Assembly (NCBI GenBank): GCA_963836075.1
Contig: CAWIIB010000008.1
Location: 128,001 to 192,000, forward strand
Direction of reading: 5' to 3'
Length of the DNA stretch: 64,000 nt
Origin: an uncultured Acidobacteriota bacterium
GTDB lineage: Bacteria; Acidobacteriota; JAQAZP01
The notes under the pieces were generated by a model. That model did not search any database and was not told the DNA's origin. It worked only from the letters and a program-made list of their open reading frames with translations. A program made the translations under genes and the position numbers. Shown here one piece after another: positions 52,432-62,774 of this stretch (within the stretch, counting starts at the first letter, position 1; each line of letters begins with the position of its first letter).

Positions 52432-53337
52432 GTGAACGGACGACCTGAAGAAGTGGGGCGGCGGGTGCAGTCGTTTTACGAAGCCCACCCCTTTCCCGCG
52501 TTCCAGCAGACCCGCTTTTCCACCCGTGACGACCTGCGTGCTGCCGCCCGGTGGTTCCCCCGCCAGCTGGACAGTGACCTGCCCACCGGGATCCGTCTGG
52601 CCGATGTGGGGTGCGGCACCGGCAGGCTGGCCGCGCTGCTCAGCCTGCGCAACCGGCGCGTGGTGGGGGTCGATTTCTCGTCGGCGTCGCTGGAGCACGC
52701 CCTGGGGCTGAAAAGGGCGCTGGTCCTGGACAACGTATCCTATGTCCAGGGGGACCTGTTCCGGGTGCCGCTGCTCCACGGCCGGTTCGACGTGGTGCTC
52801 TGCCTCGGTGTCCTGCACCACACCGCCGATCCGCGGCAGGGGTTCCGGGCCCTGGCCCGGCTGTTGCGTCCCGGGGGGATCATGCTGCTGGGGCTCTACA
52901 ACAGATATGGTCGGCTGGTCCACCGTCTGCGGCAGTGGCGCTCAGCGGAAGGCGGCCCGCCCGGGGACCCGGCCCTGCTGAAAGCCCGGCTGCGGGGCCA
53001 GTTGCCGGACGAGGACCAGCAAGCGGATCCGGCGGGCCTCGATTCCTGGTATCACGACCAGTATCTCCACCCCCACGAGCTGACCGTCAGTCTGGCCGAA
53101 CTGGGTGCCTGGTTTTCCGAGGCCGGCCTGGAGCCGCTGGGCTGCTTTCCCCGGCGCAGGATTTTTGCCGGCGCCCCGCAGCCTCGACAGTGGCTCAGTG
53201 ACAGCGGCCGCCCGCTGGGCGGCTGGCCGGCAATGGCGGTGCAGCTGAAATGGGTTCTGACCCTGCGGGGGGCGGGGGGCTACTTTGTTCAGGCCGGGCG
53301 CCTGCCCGCGCGCGGCGGGAAGGGGGTGGGGCGATGA
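52432..53337 (+). CDS. Class I SAM-dependent methyltransferase
   Basis: V..FYE.HPFP, ADVGCGTG, GVDFS..SL, FDVVLCLGVLHHT.DP, LRPGG, W..DQY.HPHE. GGAGGAG RBS. Confidence 0.9.
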   Translation: MNGRPEEVGRRVQSFYEAHPFPAFQQTRFSTRDDLRAAARWFPRQLDSDLPTGIRLADVGCGTGRLAALLSLRNRRVVGVDFSSASLEHALGLKRALVLDNVSYVQGDLFRVPLLHGRFDVVLCLGVLHHTADPRQGFRALARLLRPGGIMLLGLYNRYGRLVHRLRQWRSAEGGPPGDPALLKARLRGQLPDEDQQADPAGLDSWYHDQYLHPHELTVSLAELGAWFSEAGLEPLGCFPRRRIFAGAPQPRQWLSDSGRPLGGWPAMAVQLKWVLTLRGAGGYFVQAGRLPARGGKGVGR

Positions 53338-54920
53338 GCGGCAGGACCATCGACCGCATGCTCTTCATCCGGACCTCCAGGGCCGACCTGTTGAGCATTG
53401 TGCCGCCCCTGGGTCTGCTCTACCTGGTGGGCGCCCTGCGCCGTGACCTCCTTCCTCCACCATCGGCGGTGCGGGTGGTGGACTACGCGCTCCTCGGTTT
53501 GAACCCCCGCCGGCTGTCAGAGCTGCTCGAGGAGTTTGCTCCGGACCTGGTGGGGCTGTCGGGGCTCACCGTGGAGGCCGACCTGATGGTCCAGGTGGCT
53601 CGCCTGGCCCGGGGGGGTGACAACCGCCCGTTGGTGGTGGCCGGCGGTCCGCACCCCACATCCGACCCGGGTCACCTGCTGGCCCGGGGCCTGGTGGACT
53701 TCGTGGTCCGGGGTGAGGGGGAACAGACATTGCCGGAACTGGTGGCCTGTCTGCGCGGCGGCGGCGATCCCCGGACGGTTCCCGGGCTGGCCCTGCCGGG
53801 GGATGGGGGAACGCCGGAGTTCACCGCGCCGCGGCCGCTGCTGGGCAACCTGGACCAGTTGCCGCCACCGGCCTGGGACACCATCCGCATGGCCGACTAC
53901 TCCGCCCGGCCGGTCTACACCATGAGCCAGTCGCTGAAGTCTCCTCCGGCGGCGGTGATCATGACCTCCCGCGGCTGCCCGTTCGGCTGCGTCTACTGTC
54001 ACAAATTTTTTGGCCGCAAGGTCCGGGCTCGTTCGCCGGAGCACGTGCTGGACGAGATGGAACTGCTCTACCAGCAGCACGGCGCCCGGGAATTTCACCT
54101 TCTCGACGATTTCTTCAACTTCGATCTGGAGCGCGTGCGCGCCATCTGCCGGATGATCACCGAGCGGGGCCTGCAGGTCAGCCTCGCTTTTCCCAACGGC
54201 ATCCGGGGCGACCACCTGGACGAGGAGACGTTGCGGGCGATGAAGCGGGCCGGCACCTACAAGATCTACGTGGCGGTGGAGTCCGGTTCGGAGCGTGTGC
54301 AGAAGTACATCGGCAAGCGGATGAAACTCGACCTGCTGCAGCGCAACATCACCCTGGCCTCCCGGTTGGGGATCATCGTCTCCGCCTTTTTCATGATCGG
54401 CTTTCCCACCGAGACCAGGGAGGAGATGCAGGAGACAATCCGCTTCGCGGCGGCTTCGCGGCTCAACGGGGCGAACTTTTTCAAGGTCGTCCCCTTTCCC
54501 GGAACGAAACTGGCCGAGATGTGGGCCGAGACTTACCAGACCCCGGCCATTGCCGGGCCGCAGTCCGTGGAACAGGGGGACGGCGGCGAGGGCTACAAGG
54601 ACTTTTGCTTCATGTCGCGCAGCCTGCCCGCTCCCCCGGAGAGAATGATGCTGGTGGACGCGATGCAGGCCTGGGCCTATTGCCGTTTTTTCGGCAACCC
54701 GCTCCGCTCCGCCCGCTACGTCCTCAGGCATCCGAACCGGGGACTGTCCCTGAACAATCTCTGGTCGATGTTCCGCAACGTGACCACCTACTACCGGGAC
54801 CGTTGGTTTCGCCCGGAACTGATGCGGGAAAATTACTTTGGCGGGGAGGACCAGCCCGCCGCCGGCGAGTGGAGCCACCATGCGTCGTGCCGGAGCAGCC
54901 GGAGAATCGAGGGGCCGTGA
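53334..54920 (+). CDS. B12-binding radical SAM protein
   Basis: PPLGLLYL, DLVGLS, AGGPHPT, VRGEGE, TSRGCPFGCVYC, VESGS, FMIGFPTET. Confidence 0.92.
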   Translation: MSGRTIDRMLFIRTSRADLLSIVPPLGLLYLVGALRRDLLPPPSAVRVVDYALLGLNPRRLSELLEEFAPDLVGLSGLTVEADLMVQVARLARGGDNRPLVVAGGPHPTSDPGHLLARGLVDFVVRGEGEQTLPELVACLRGGGDPRTVPGLALPGDGGTPEFTAPRPLLGNLDQLPPPAWDTIRMADYSARPVYTMSQSLKSPPAAVIMTSRGCPFGCVYCHKFFGRKVRARSPEHVLDEMELLYQQHGAREFHLLDDFFNFDLERVRAICRMITERGLQVSLAFPNGIRGDHLDEETLRAMKRAGTYKIYVAVESGSERVQKYIGKRMKLDLLQRNITLASRLGIIVSAFFMIGFPTETREEMQETIRFAAASRLNGANFFKVVPFPGTKLAEMWAETYQTPAIAGPQSVEQGDGGEGYKDFCFMSRSLPAPPERMMLVDAMQAWAYCRFFGNPLRSARYVLRHPNRGLSLNNLWSMFRNVTTYYRDRWFRPELMRENYFGGEDQPAAGEWSHHASCRSSRRIEGP

Positions 54921-56077
54921 AGAATAAACTGAAGCTGGTGCTGATGATCCGGCAGATGATCGTCGGCGGGGCCGAGTCCCAGATGGTCAGCCTGATCAAG
55001 ACCCTGGACCGCTCCCGCTACGATATCCACCTCTGCCTCTTCACCAACAACTGCGTACAGCGGGAGCTCATTGAGGCCGAAGGGGTTCCGATCACGGTGA
55101 TCCCCAAACGGGTCAAGTTCGATTTCCTCCACCTCTTCCGGCTCACCACCTGGCTGGCCAGGCTGCGTCCCGATATCGTCCACACCTGGATCACCGAGGC
55201 CAACTCCGTGGGGTCCGTGGCCGCCCTGCTCTGCCGGGTCCCGGTGCGCATCGGCTACGTGCTCAATGTCAATTTCTGGAAGACACGGCCCCGCCTGTTT
55301 TACGACCGTTTCGCCATGGGCAGCTGTCACTGTTTGGCCACCAACTCGCTGCGGATCAACCGCTTCCTCATCGAACGGATGGGGATCTCTCCCGGGAAGC
55401 TGAGGCTGCTCTACAACGGGGTCGACCCCCGGCGGAACGGCCTGGAGGGCGACCGGCGGGAGGAGGCCCGGGTGGCTGTCCGCAAGGAGTACGGTATCCC
55501 GCTGGAGAACCGGGTCTTCGTCACCGTGGCCGGGATGCGGCGCTTCAAGAACCACCTGCGATACCTGGAGTGGATCGCGATGATGCCGGAGAATCGTCGC
55601 TACACCTATTTCTTTGTCGGGGAGGGTGAACTGTTCGAGGCGGTGAAGGAGAAAAGGGACCGCTTGGGGCTGGCCGCTTCGGTGGTCATGGCCGGTGTGC
55701 GCTTCGACATTCCACGGGTGCTGGCCGCCTCGGACATCATGGTCATGCCGTCGATCATCGAGGGTCTGCCCAACGCGATCCTCGAGGGTATGGCCGCCGG
55801 CCTGCCGGTGGTGGCCACCGATGTGGGCGGCATTCCGGAGGCCGTTGACCATGGCCGTACCGGGTTCGTGGTCCCGCCGGAGGACGGCGAGGCGCTGGTG
55901 CGGGCCATGACCCGGCTGGGGGAGGACCCCGGTCTCTGCCGCGAGATGGGGAACGCCGGCCGGGCCGGAATCACCGGGGAGTTCACCCACCTGGGGATGG
56001 GGTCGGGTTTCTCGATGCTCTACGAGGAGTGGCACGCCAGGTGTTCAGGACAGCAGCCGGGAAAGAGAGCGGAATGA
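54917..56077 (+). CDS. Glycosyltransferase family 4
   Basis: VGGAE.Q, PDIVHT, YNGVD, PS.IEGLPNAILEGMAAGLPVVATDVGG.PE. GTG start overlaps the upstream stop. Confidence 0.92.
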   Translation: MKNKLKLVLMIRQMIVGGAESQMVSLIKTLDRSRYDIHLCLFTNNCVQRELIEAEGVPITVIPKRVKFDFLHLFRLTTWLARLRPDIVHTWITEANSVGSVAALLCRVPVRIGYVLNVNFWKTRPRLFYDRFAMGSCHCLATNSLRINRFLIERMGISPGKLRLLYNGVDPRRNGLEGDRREEARVAVRKEYGIPLENRVFVTVAGMRRFKNHLRYLEWIAMMPENRRYTYFFVGEGELFEAVKEKRDRLGLAASVVMAGVRFDIPRVLAASDIMVMPSIIEGLPNAILEGMAAGLPVVATDVGGIPEAVDHGRTGFVVPPEDGEALVRAMTRLGEDPGLCREMGNAGRAGITGEFTHLGMGSGFSMLYEEWHARCSGQQPGKRAE

Positions 56078-57657
56078 CGCAACAGGATTCGAACATGGAA
56101 CCTGCGCGGCACACGATCCTGCTCATCAGGAGCTCGGACGCCCGGCTGGGCACCATGAGCCCTCCCCTGGGCCTGCTCTACCTGGCATCCGCCATCCGTC
56201 ACTGGTGCGTTCGGCCGTGGGACATTCGGTTCGTCGATCTGGGGTTTCACGGACGGGCCTGGCGGCCTGCCCTGACCCAGCTGCTGGACCAGGCCCGCCC
56301 CTCGGTGGTGGGCCTCTCCGCACTGACCTGCGAAGCGGGCCTGGCCCACCAGCTGTTGCGTTTCCTCCACCAGGGGGCGGACAGCGGGGCCGTCCGCCCC
56401 CTGACCCTTCTCGGCGGCCCCTACGCCACTTCCTCGCCAGGGCTGGCCCTGAAAGACGGCGCCGGTGCTCTGGACGGCCTGCTGGTGGGGGAGGGCGAAC
56501 TGGCCCTGCCCGCACTGCTGGACCGGCTGACTGCCGCCGGAAACGGGGCGGAGGACTGGCGACGGAACCTGCCCCACCTGCTGGCCGGGGAGGCCGGGTG
56601 GTACGGGGCGCATTCCGTGCCGCTGGAGGACGGTTCCGGTGGCGCCGTTCAACGGGCCCCGCGGGTGGAGGAACTGGACACGCTCCCGCTGCCGGCCTGG
56701 GACCTGCTCCCCTCCCTGGACCGCTACGCCGGGCTCCCCAACTGGAACGGGATGCTGAAGGGGCGTCCCTACATGTCGGTGATGACCTCCCGCGGCTGCC
56801 CGTACGGCTGCAGCTACTGTCACAGTTTTTTTGGCCGCCGGGTCCGTCTGCGCTCGGCGGAGAACGTGGTGCGGGAGATCGACGAACTGCAACGCACCTG
56901 CGGCGTTCGTGAGATCCACATCATCGACGACATCTTCAACGTGGACCAGGGGCGGGCCGGGGAGATCTGCGATGGCCTCATCGCGCTGGAACCACGGCTG
57001 CACATCGCCTTCCCCAACGGCATCCGCGGGGACCTGCTGGACCAGGACCTGCTGGAGAAACTGGCCCGGGCCGGGGCGTACAAGATCAACTTCGGCGTGG
57101 AGACCGCTTCACCCCGGCTGCAGAAGGAAATCGGGAAACGGCTGGACCTGGGCAAGCTGGTGGAGGCCATACGTCAGACCCGCCGGCTGGGGATGATTCC
57201 CTTCGGGTTTTTCATGCTCGGGTTCCCCGGCGAGACCAGGGAGGAGATGAAACAGACCATCCGGTTCGCCACGGGTTCCGACCTGCTCACCGCCAAGTTC
57301 TTTCAGGTGATACCCTATCCCGGCACCGAGCTTGGCCGGCAGTGGCAGCGCCGGCAGCAGGACCAGTTCGTCACTCCGGGAATGGAGCAGTATCACTTTT
57401 TTTCCCAGCGCGTCACCTGCTCGGACCTGGACCCGCGGGAGGTGAACGACCTGGTGGCCGAGGCCTACCTCCGTTTTTTCAGCCGGCCGGGGAGAGTGAT
57501 CGGCCTCCTGTGGCGCCACCCCCGGTTCACTGCTGCGGTCCGGGGGCTCTGGCGCCTGCACAGTTCGCTGCTGCGATACCGGGTGCAGCGCTGGATGGGG
57601 AAGACAGGGGAGAGCATCGCGGAGGGATCGGACCATTCACCGGGGGCGCTATCGTGA
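56074..57657 (+). CDS. B12-binding radical SAM protein (paralogue of 53334-54920)
   Basis: PPLGLLYLAS, VGLS, GGPYAT, VGEGE, TSRGCPYGCSYC, AFPNGIRGD, FMLGFPGET. Confidence 0.92.
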   Translation: MTQQDSNMEPARHTILLIRSSDARLGTMSPPLGLLYLASAIRHWCVRPWDIRFVDLGFHGRAWRPALTQLLDQARPSVVGLSALTCEAGLAHQLLRFLHQGADSGAVRPLTLLGGPYATSSPGLALKDGAGALDGLLVGEGELALPALLDRLTAAGNGAEDWRRNLPHLLAGEAGWYGAHSVPLEDGSGGAVQRAPRVEELDTLPLPAWDLLPSLDRYAGLPNWNGMLKGRPYMSVMTSRGCPYGCSYCHSFFGRRVRLRSAENVVREIDELQRTCGVREIHIIDDIFNVDQGRAGEICDGLIALEPRLHIAFPNGIRGDLLDQDLLEKLARAGAYKINFGVETASPRLQKEIGKRLDLGKLVEAIRQTRRLGMIPFGFFMLGFPGETREEMKQTIRFATGSDLLTAKFFQVIPYPGTELGRQWQRRQQDQFVTPGMEQYHFFSQRVTCSDLDPREVNDLVAEAYLRFFSRPGRVIGLLWRHPRFTAAVRGLWRLHSSLLRYRVQRWMGKTGESIAEGSDHSPGALS

Positions 57658-57677
57658 CAAAGGGCTGAAGCCCGTGC

Positions 57678-59411
57678 GTGAAGCGGGCCAGGAGGAGGAA
57701 CAAGCTGTTGGCCAAAGTTCTCGGCATCTCATGCTACTATCACGACTCCGCGGCAGCCTATCTGGAGGATGGAGTTATCGTTGCCGCGGCCGAGGAAGAA
57801 CGATTCACGCGACGCAAGCACGATACCGCTTTTCCGTTCCACGCCATCAACTACTGTCTCGGCCAGGCCGGCGCCGTTCTGGACGAGGTGGACGCGGTGG
57901 CTTTTTACGAAAAGCCGCTGGCCCGCTTCCAGCGGACCCTGCTGACCCACGCCCGGCAGTTCCCGCGGAGCCTGCCCGCCTTCATCAAGACCATCCCCGA
58001 CTGGCTGGGCCGCCGGCTGCTGGTGCCCCACCTGGTCCGGCGCCATTTATCCTATGACGGCCCGCTGCTCTTCGTGGATCACCACCTGGCCCACGCGGGA
58101 AGCGCGGCCCTGCTCTCGCCCTTCCGCCGGCCGGCCTACCTCACCGTGGACGGCACCGGCGAGTGGACCACCGCCAGTATCGGCCGCTGCACCGACGGTC
58201 TGCTGGAACCACTGGCCCAGGTGCCCTACCCCCACTCGTTGGGAATGCTCTATTCCACCATCACCGCCTGGCTCGGGTTCCCGGTGAACGAGGGGGAAGG
58301 GCGGGTGATGGGGCTGGCCGCCTACGGCGAGCCGGAATTGATGTCCAGCTTCGAGAAACTGGTTCACTTCGAGGAGCACGGGGCCTTCCGTCTCGACATG
58401 TCCTACTTCTCCTTTCCCCGCAGCACGCGCCGGATGTTCAGCCAAAAACTGGCGGCGCTCCTCGGGCCGCCGAGGCAGCCGGAGGAGCCGCTGGAGGACC
58501 GCCACCGGGCCGTGGCCGCCACCCTGCAGGCCGTGGTGGAAAAGGGGCTGCTCCGCCTGGCCGGTGAGGCGCACCGGCGGGTGCCCGGAGCCGACGGGCT
58601 GGCGTTGGCCGGGGGCGTGATGCTCAACTGCGTGGCCAACGGCCGGATTCTGCGCGAAGGCCCCTTCGACCAGCTCTTTATCCAGCCGGCGGCCGGGGAC
58701 TCCGGCGCGGCCCTGGGCGCTGCCGCGGTGGCCCACCGGTCGCTCTTTCCCCGCATACAGCTGCAGCCCATGGAGACGGCGCTCCTCGGCCCGGACTACA
58801 GCAACCGGGAGATCGAGGGGTTTCTGCGGGCCCGGGAGATCCCCATGGAGCAGCTGGAGGAGGAGCTGCTGCTGGAAAGAGTGGCCCGGATGCTGTCTGA
58901 AAACCGGATCGTCGGCTGGTTTCAGGGGAGGATGGAGTTCGGGCCCCGGGCCCTTGGCGCCCGCTCGATCCTGGCCAGTCCCGCCGACCCCGGCATGAAG
59001 GACCGGATCAACAGCAAAGTCAAGGGCCGGGAACCATTCCGCCCCTTTGCCCCCAGTGTGCTGGAAGAGCAGTGCAGCCAGTGGTTCGACCTGGAGGTTC
59101 CCAGCCCGTACATGGTACTGGCCGCGCCGGTGCGGGAAGAGGCGCGGGACAACATACCGGCGGTGGTTCACCAGGACGGCACGGCCCGGATCCAGACCGT
59201 TTCTCCATCGGTGAACCGGCTCTACCATCAGCTGATTTCGGTCTTCGGCCAACGCACCGGGCTGCCCCTGCTGCTCAACACCTCGTTCAATCTCAAGGGG
59301 GAGCCCATTGTCTGCAACCCGGTGCAGGCTTACGACTGCTTCAAAAGGTCCGGCATGGACGCCCTGGTGCTGGGGGACTGCCTGGTGCAACAGAGTAGGG
59401 GGGAGAGCTGA
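57678..59411 (+). CDS. O-carbamoyltransferase (NodU/CmcH/SxtI family)
   Basis: LGISCYYHDSAA, EEERFTRRKH, HHLAHA, DG.GE, SLG.LY, VMGLAAYG, AGGV.LNC.ANG, EFGPRALG.RS, RE.FRPFAP, LNTSFN..GEP. Confidence 0.96.
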   Translation: MKRARRRNKLLAKVLGISCYYHDSAAAYLEDGVIVAAAEEERFTRRKHDTAFPFHAINYCLGQAGAVLDEVDAVAFYEKPLARFQRTLLTHARQFPRSLPAFIKTIPDWLGRRLLVPHLVRRHLSYDGPLLFVDHHLAHAGSAALLSPFRRPAYLTVDGTGEWTTASIGRCTDGLLEPLAQVPYPHSLGMLYSTITAWLGFPVNEGEGRVMGLAAYGEPELMSSFEKLVHFEEHGAFRLDMSYFSFPRSTRRMFSQKLAALLGPPRQPEEPLEDRHRAVAATLQAVVEKGLLRLAGEAHRRVPGADGLALAGGVMLNCVANGRILREGPFDQLFIQPAAGDSGAALGAAAVAHRSLFPRIQLQPMETALLGPDYSNREIEGFLRAREIPMEQLEEELLLERVARMLSENRIVGWFQGRMEFGPRALGARSILASPADPGMKDRINSKVKGREPFRPFAPSVLEEQCSQWFDLEVPSPYMVLAAPVREEARDNIPAVVHQDGTARIQTVSPSVNRLYHQLISVFGQRTGLPLLLNTSFNLKGEPIVCNPVQAYDCFKRSGMDALVLGDCLVQQSRGES

Positions 59412-59414
59412 GCG

Positions 59415-60461
59415 ATGAACCCCCTGCCGATCATCGCCCTCCTCGGTGCCGTCGTCCTGGTGCTGGCCCTGGCCGAACTGCTGGTCCGGCTCTTCGTGCA
59501 CTGGAAGCCCAGGGGGATCGACCCCTGGACCTACCGTCTGGCCGAGCCACCCGAGCTCGGTTTCGAATTCACACCCGAGAACACCTTCTGTCACCACTAC
59601 CGGCCGCCCCGGGTCCAGGGCGGGCCCTGGAAACAGTGTTACCAGATCAATGCTCTTGGTATTCGGGATCGCCTCTATCCGCCCCGTCCCCCGGACAATA
59701 CGGTGCGCATCGTCTGTGTGGGCGATTCCTGCACCTTTGGCGAGGGTGTGGAGGAGCACCAGTCCTGGCCCCGGCAGCTGGAGACGATGCTGCGCTCCGA
59801 CCCGGGAGAAGCCGGGCCGGCCGTGGAAGTGATCAACTGCGGAGTGGCCGGCTACGACCTGGAAAAGAAACTGGCCCACTACCGTAAAAAATGCCTGGGC
59901 CTGCACCCGCATATCGCCATTTTGGGGTATACACTCAACGACCCGCAACGGCTGCTGGCGCCGTTGATCAATGGTGACGGGATGCTCAGCTCAGGCAGCG
60001 TCCCGCCATGGTCGGGTTTCCGGCAACTGGTGAAGACGCGGAGCGCGCTGGCCAACTGGGCGGCCCACCGCTGGAGCGAGCTGTTCGGCGCCCAGCGGCT
60101 GCTGCCCACCTATGGTTCCCGGTCACCGGACTGGATCCGCAGCCGGGCGCAGCTGAAGGAATTCAGCATCCTTTCCCTGGAGCAGGGCATCCGGCCGCTG
60201 GTGGCCATTCTGCCTGCCCCCTTCCGTCTTCACCGGGGGCACCCCTACCTCCCGATCTACCGGATTATGGAATCGTTCCTGGATGAGGAGGGCATAGCCT
60301 GGGCCAATCTCTTCCCCTCCATCGAGGGGCAGAAGAAACGGGAGATGATCGTCTGCAGCTGCGATTTCCACTCCAGCGCCCGTTGTTATGAACTGTTTGC
60401 CGCGGGGCTCCACCGGGAACTGACCGGCCGGTCCCCGTTCCGTGACCTGCTGCGTGTATGA
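59415..60461 (+). CDS. Membrane-anchored SGNH/GDSL hydrolase-family protein
   Basis: N-terminal transmembrane helix, IN.LG.RD, VGDSCTFGEG, INCGVAGY, LND, DFH. Confidence 0.88.
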   Translation: MNPLPIIALLGAVVLVLALAELLVRLFVHWKPRGIDPWTYRLAEPPELGFEFTPENTFCHHYRPPRVQGGPWKQCYQINALGIRDRLYPPRPPDNTVRIVCVGDSCTFGEGVEEHQSWPRQLETMLRSDPGEAGPAVEVINCGVAGYDLEKKLAHYRKKCLGLHPHIAILGYTLNDPQRLLAPLINGDGMLSSGSVPPWSGFRQLVKTRSALANWAAHRWSELFGAQRLLPTYGSRSPDWIRSRAQLKEFSILSLEQGIRPLVAILPAPFRLHRGHPYLPIYRIMESFLDEEGIAWANLFPSIEGQKKREMIVCSCDFHSSARCYELFAAGLHRELTGRSPFRDLLRV

Positions 60462-60486
60462 GACTGTTCGGACGAGGACCTGGGCC

Positions 60487-61518
60487 GTGCGGAACACCCT
60501 GAAAAGAACACGGAAAGTCCTGCGGGCCGTGGAACGGCTGGGCCCGGCCGGTGAAGCGCTGGCCCGGAAGCTGTTTCATGCCATGGTCACCCTGGGCACT
60601 GCGCGACAGATCCGCTCCGGCATCCTGCGCACCAGGTCGTCCTTCATCGCCATCACCACCCAGGTGGGGTGCCGGTGTGCCTGCGAGTTCTGTCCCCAGG
60701 ACCTGTTGGTCAAGGCCTACGCCCGTCGGACAGCGCAGGAACAGCCCGCTGTCTCCGGGGTGGAGATTGACCGGCAGTGCATGACCCTGGAGAGCTTCCA
60801 CTGGTTTATGGAGCGGATCCCGCCGGAGGTGGCGATCAACTTTGCCGGGTTCTCGGAGCCCTGGTTGACGCCGCACTGCCCGGAGATGATCCTGGCGGCC
60901 CATGAACGGGGGCACCGCCTGCGGCTGTTCACCACCCTGGTGGGGATGAGCCCGGCCCAGCTGGCCCGGCTGTCCCGCATCCCCTTTCTGAACTTCCGGG
61001 TTCACGTCCCGGGCAGCGGGAACGGCAGTCCTATTCGTGTCGATGACCAGGTGCTGGAGACCCTGCGGGCCATCGTGGACCAGGGGGTTTCCAACCTGAT
61101 GTACCACCATCACGGGGATCAGCCGCACCCGGCCTTTGTGGAGCGTCTGGGCCGGTTCCAGATCAACCATGAGGTCTCGCACTACCGTGCCGGTAACCTG
61201 GACCAGCCCGGACTGGCCCGGGTGGAACGGCGGCACCGCGGACCCATCCGCTGCGGCCACGACCCCCGGTTCCCGGAACTGGACCACAACATCCTGCTGC
61301 CCAATGGCGACCTGGCGCTCTGCTGCATGGACTGGGGCCTGGACCACGTCATCGGCAACCTGGCCCGGACAGACCTGGAGACGATCTACCGCTCGGAACC
61401 GTACCTGACCCTGAAGCGGGGTCTGGACGACGACTCCCTCGACTCGCTCTGCCGCTACTGCACCCTCGCCGTGCCCCAGGATTCCGCATCGGGGCCGGCC
61501 GGCCCGGGGAGGAGGTGA
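60487..61518 (+). CDS. Radical SAM protein with a SPASM/Twitch-type C-terminus
   Basis: GCRCACEFCPQ, F.GFSEP, FTT, RAGN, LPNGDLALCCMDW....IGNL, LCRYC. Start uncertain. Confidence 0.85.
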   Translation: MRNTLKRTRKVLRAVERLGPAGEALARKLFHAMVTLGTARQIRSGILRTRSSFIAITTQVGCRCACEFCPQDLLVKAYARRTAQEQPAVSGVEIDRQCMTLESFHWFMERIPPEVAINFAGFSEPWLTPHCPEMILAAHERGHRLRLFTTLVGMSPAQLARLSRIPFLNFRVHVPGSGNGSPIRVDDQVLETLRAIVDQGVSNLMYHHHGDQPHPAFVERLGRFQINHEVSHYRAGNLDQPGLARVERRHRGPIRCGHDPRFPELDHNILLPNGDLALCCMDWGLDHVIGNLARTDLETIYRSEPYLTLKRGLDDDSLDSLCRYCTLAVPQDSASGPAGPGRR

Positions 61519-61522
61519 GGCC

Positions 61523-62755
61523 ATGGGCCGGGCAAAACGGAAAGCACTCTTCCTGCTGCTCCGCGAGTTCCCGCCGCGGTTCCACGGCGGCGCCCCGATC
61601 ATCATCTACGAACTCTTCCTGCGGCTGAAGCAGCTGCCCCTGATCATCAGCACCTCCCGCGCCGACGACCCCGACGGCCGGGAGCTGTTCGAGGATGCCG
61701 AGATCCACCGCCATCCCTATCTGCCCACCATGGTGGATCCCGACTATGGCGGCTGGCCCCAGCCGTTCCGTTTCGCCCTGCGCTACCTCGCCTACCTTCG
61801 CTGGAACCTGGCTGTTCTGCGCATCGGCATGCGCCGGCCCATCGGCTGTGTCTTTCTCGCCCGCTACGACTATGCCTACCCGGCGGCCGTGCTGCTCAGC
61901 CGCCTGAAGCGGGTGCCGCTGATCTCCCTGTTTTACGGGGAGGAGTGGTCGATGGTCAGTTGCCGGGCCACGGCGGACTGGAAACTGCACAGCCTGTTTT
62001 TCCCTTCTTTTGTCCGCTCGGTGGACCTGCTGCTGCTGGCCAGCGAGAGCGCCAGGCAGGATCTTGTCCAGGCCGGTTTGCTGGACGGTGGCCTGGTGCT
62101 GCCGCCCGGTGTGGACACCGAGCGGCTGCGGCCGCCGGAGGACAAGGACCGGCTGCGCAGGAAGCACGCCCCGGGTGCCGACCTGCTGCTGCTCTCTCTG
62201 GCCCGCCTGACGGAGCGCAAGGGGCAGGACCGGGTGATCGAGGCCTTTGCGGCGCTGCACGAGAAATATCCCGGCGCGCGGCTGGTCATCGCCGGCTCCG
62301 GGCCCACCGGGGAGCGCCTGGAGCAGCTGGCCCGCGATCTGGGCCTGGAACAGAAGGTCCGCTTCACCGGTGAACTGCCCTACACCAGCCGGGAGCGGGT
62401 GGAGCTGTTCCAGGCGGCGGACATCTTCCTCATGCCCAACCGCAGATCCCCGCTGAACGATCTCGAGGGGTTCGGGATCGTATTTCTCGAGGCCAATGCC
62501 TGCGGCGTACCGGTGATCGGGGGTAATGACGGCGGGGTGCCCGAGGCCATCGCTCACGGCCGGAGCGGTTTTGTGGTGGATGCCCGGACCCCGGGCCCGG
62601 TGACCGACGTGCTCGACCGGCTGATGGGCGATGCCGTTCTGCGTGAGCGACTCGGCGCGCAGGGCCGGCAACGGGTGGTGGACGACTTTTCCTGGGAGCG
62701 GATGGCCGAGCGGTTCGAAGCGGCCCTGGACGGCTTGACCGGGGAGGGACGGTGA
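61523..62755 (+). CDS. Glycosyltransferase family 4 (PimB-like)
   Basis: EFPP..GG, PPGVD, ARLTERKG.D, MPNR...EGFGIVFLEANACG.PV, GG.PEA. Confidence 0.92.
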   Translation: MGRAKRKALFLLLREFPPRFHGGAPIIIYELFLRLKQLPLIISTSRADDPDGRELFEDAEIHRHPYLPTMVDPDYGGWPQPFRFALRYLAYLRWNLAVLRIGMRRPIGCVFLARYDYAYPAAVLLSRLKRVPLISLFYGEEWSMVSCRATADWKLHSLFFPSFVRSVDLLLLASESARQDLVQAGLLDGGLVLPPGVDTERLRPPEDKDRLRRKHAPGADLLLLSLARLTERKGQDRVIEAFAALHEKYPGARLVIAGSGPTGERLEQLARDLGLEQKVRFTGELPYTSRERVELFQAADIFLMPNRRSPLNDLEGFGIVFLEANACGVPVIGGNDGGVPEAIAHGRSGFVVDARTPGPVTDVLDRLMGDAVLRERLGAQGRQRVVDDFSWERMAERFEAALDGLTGEGR

Positions 62756-62774
62756 CGGTCTCCCTGCCCGGCGC

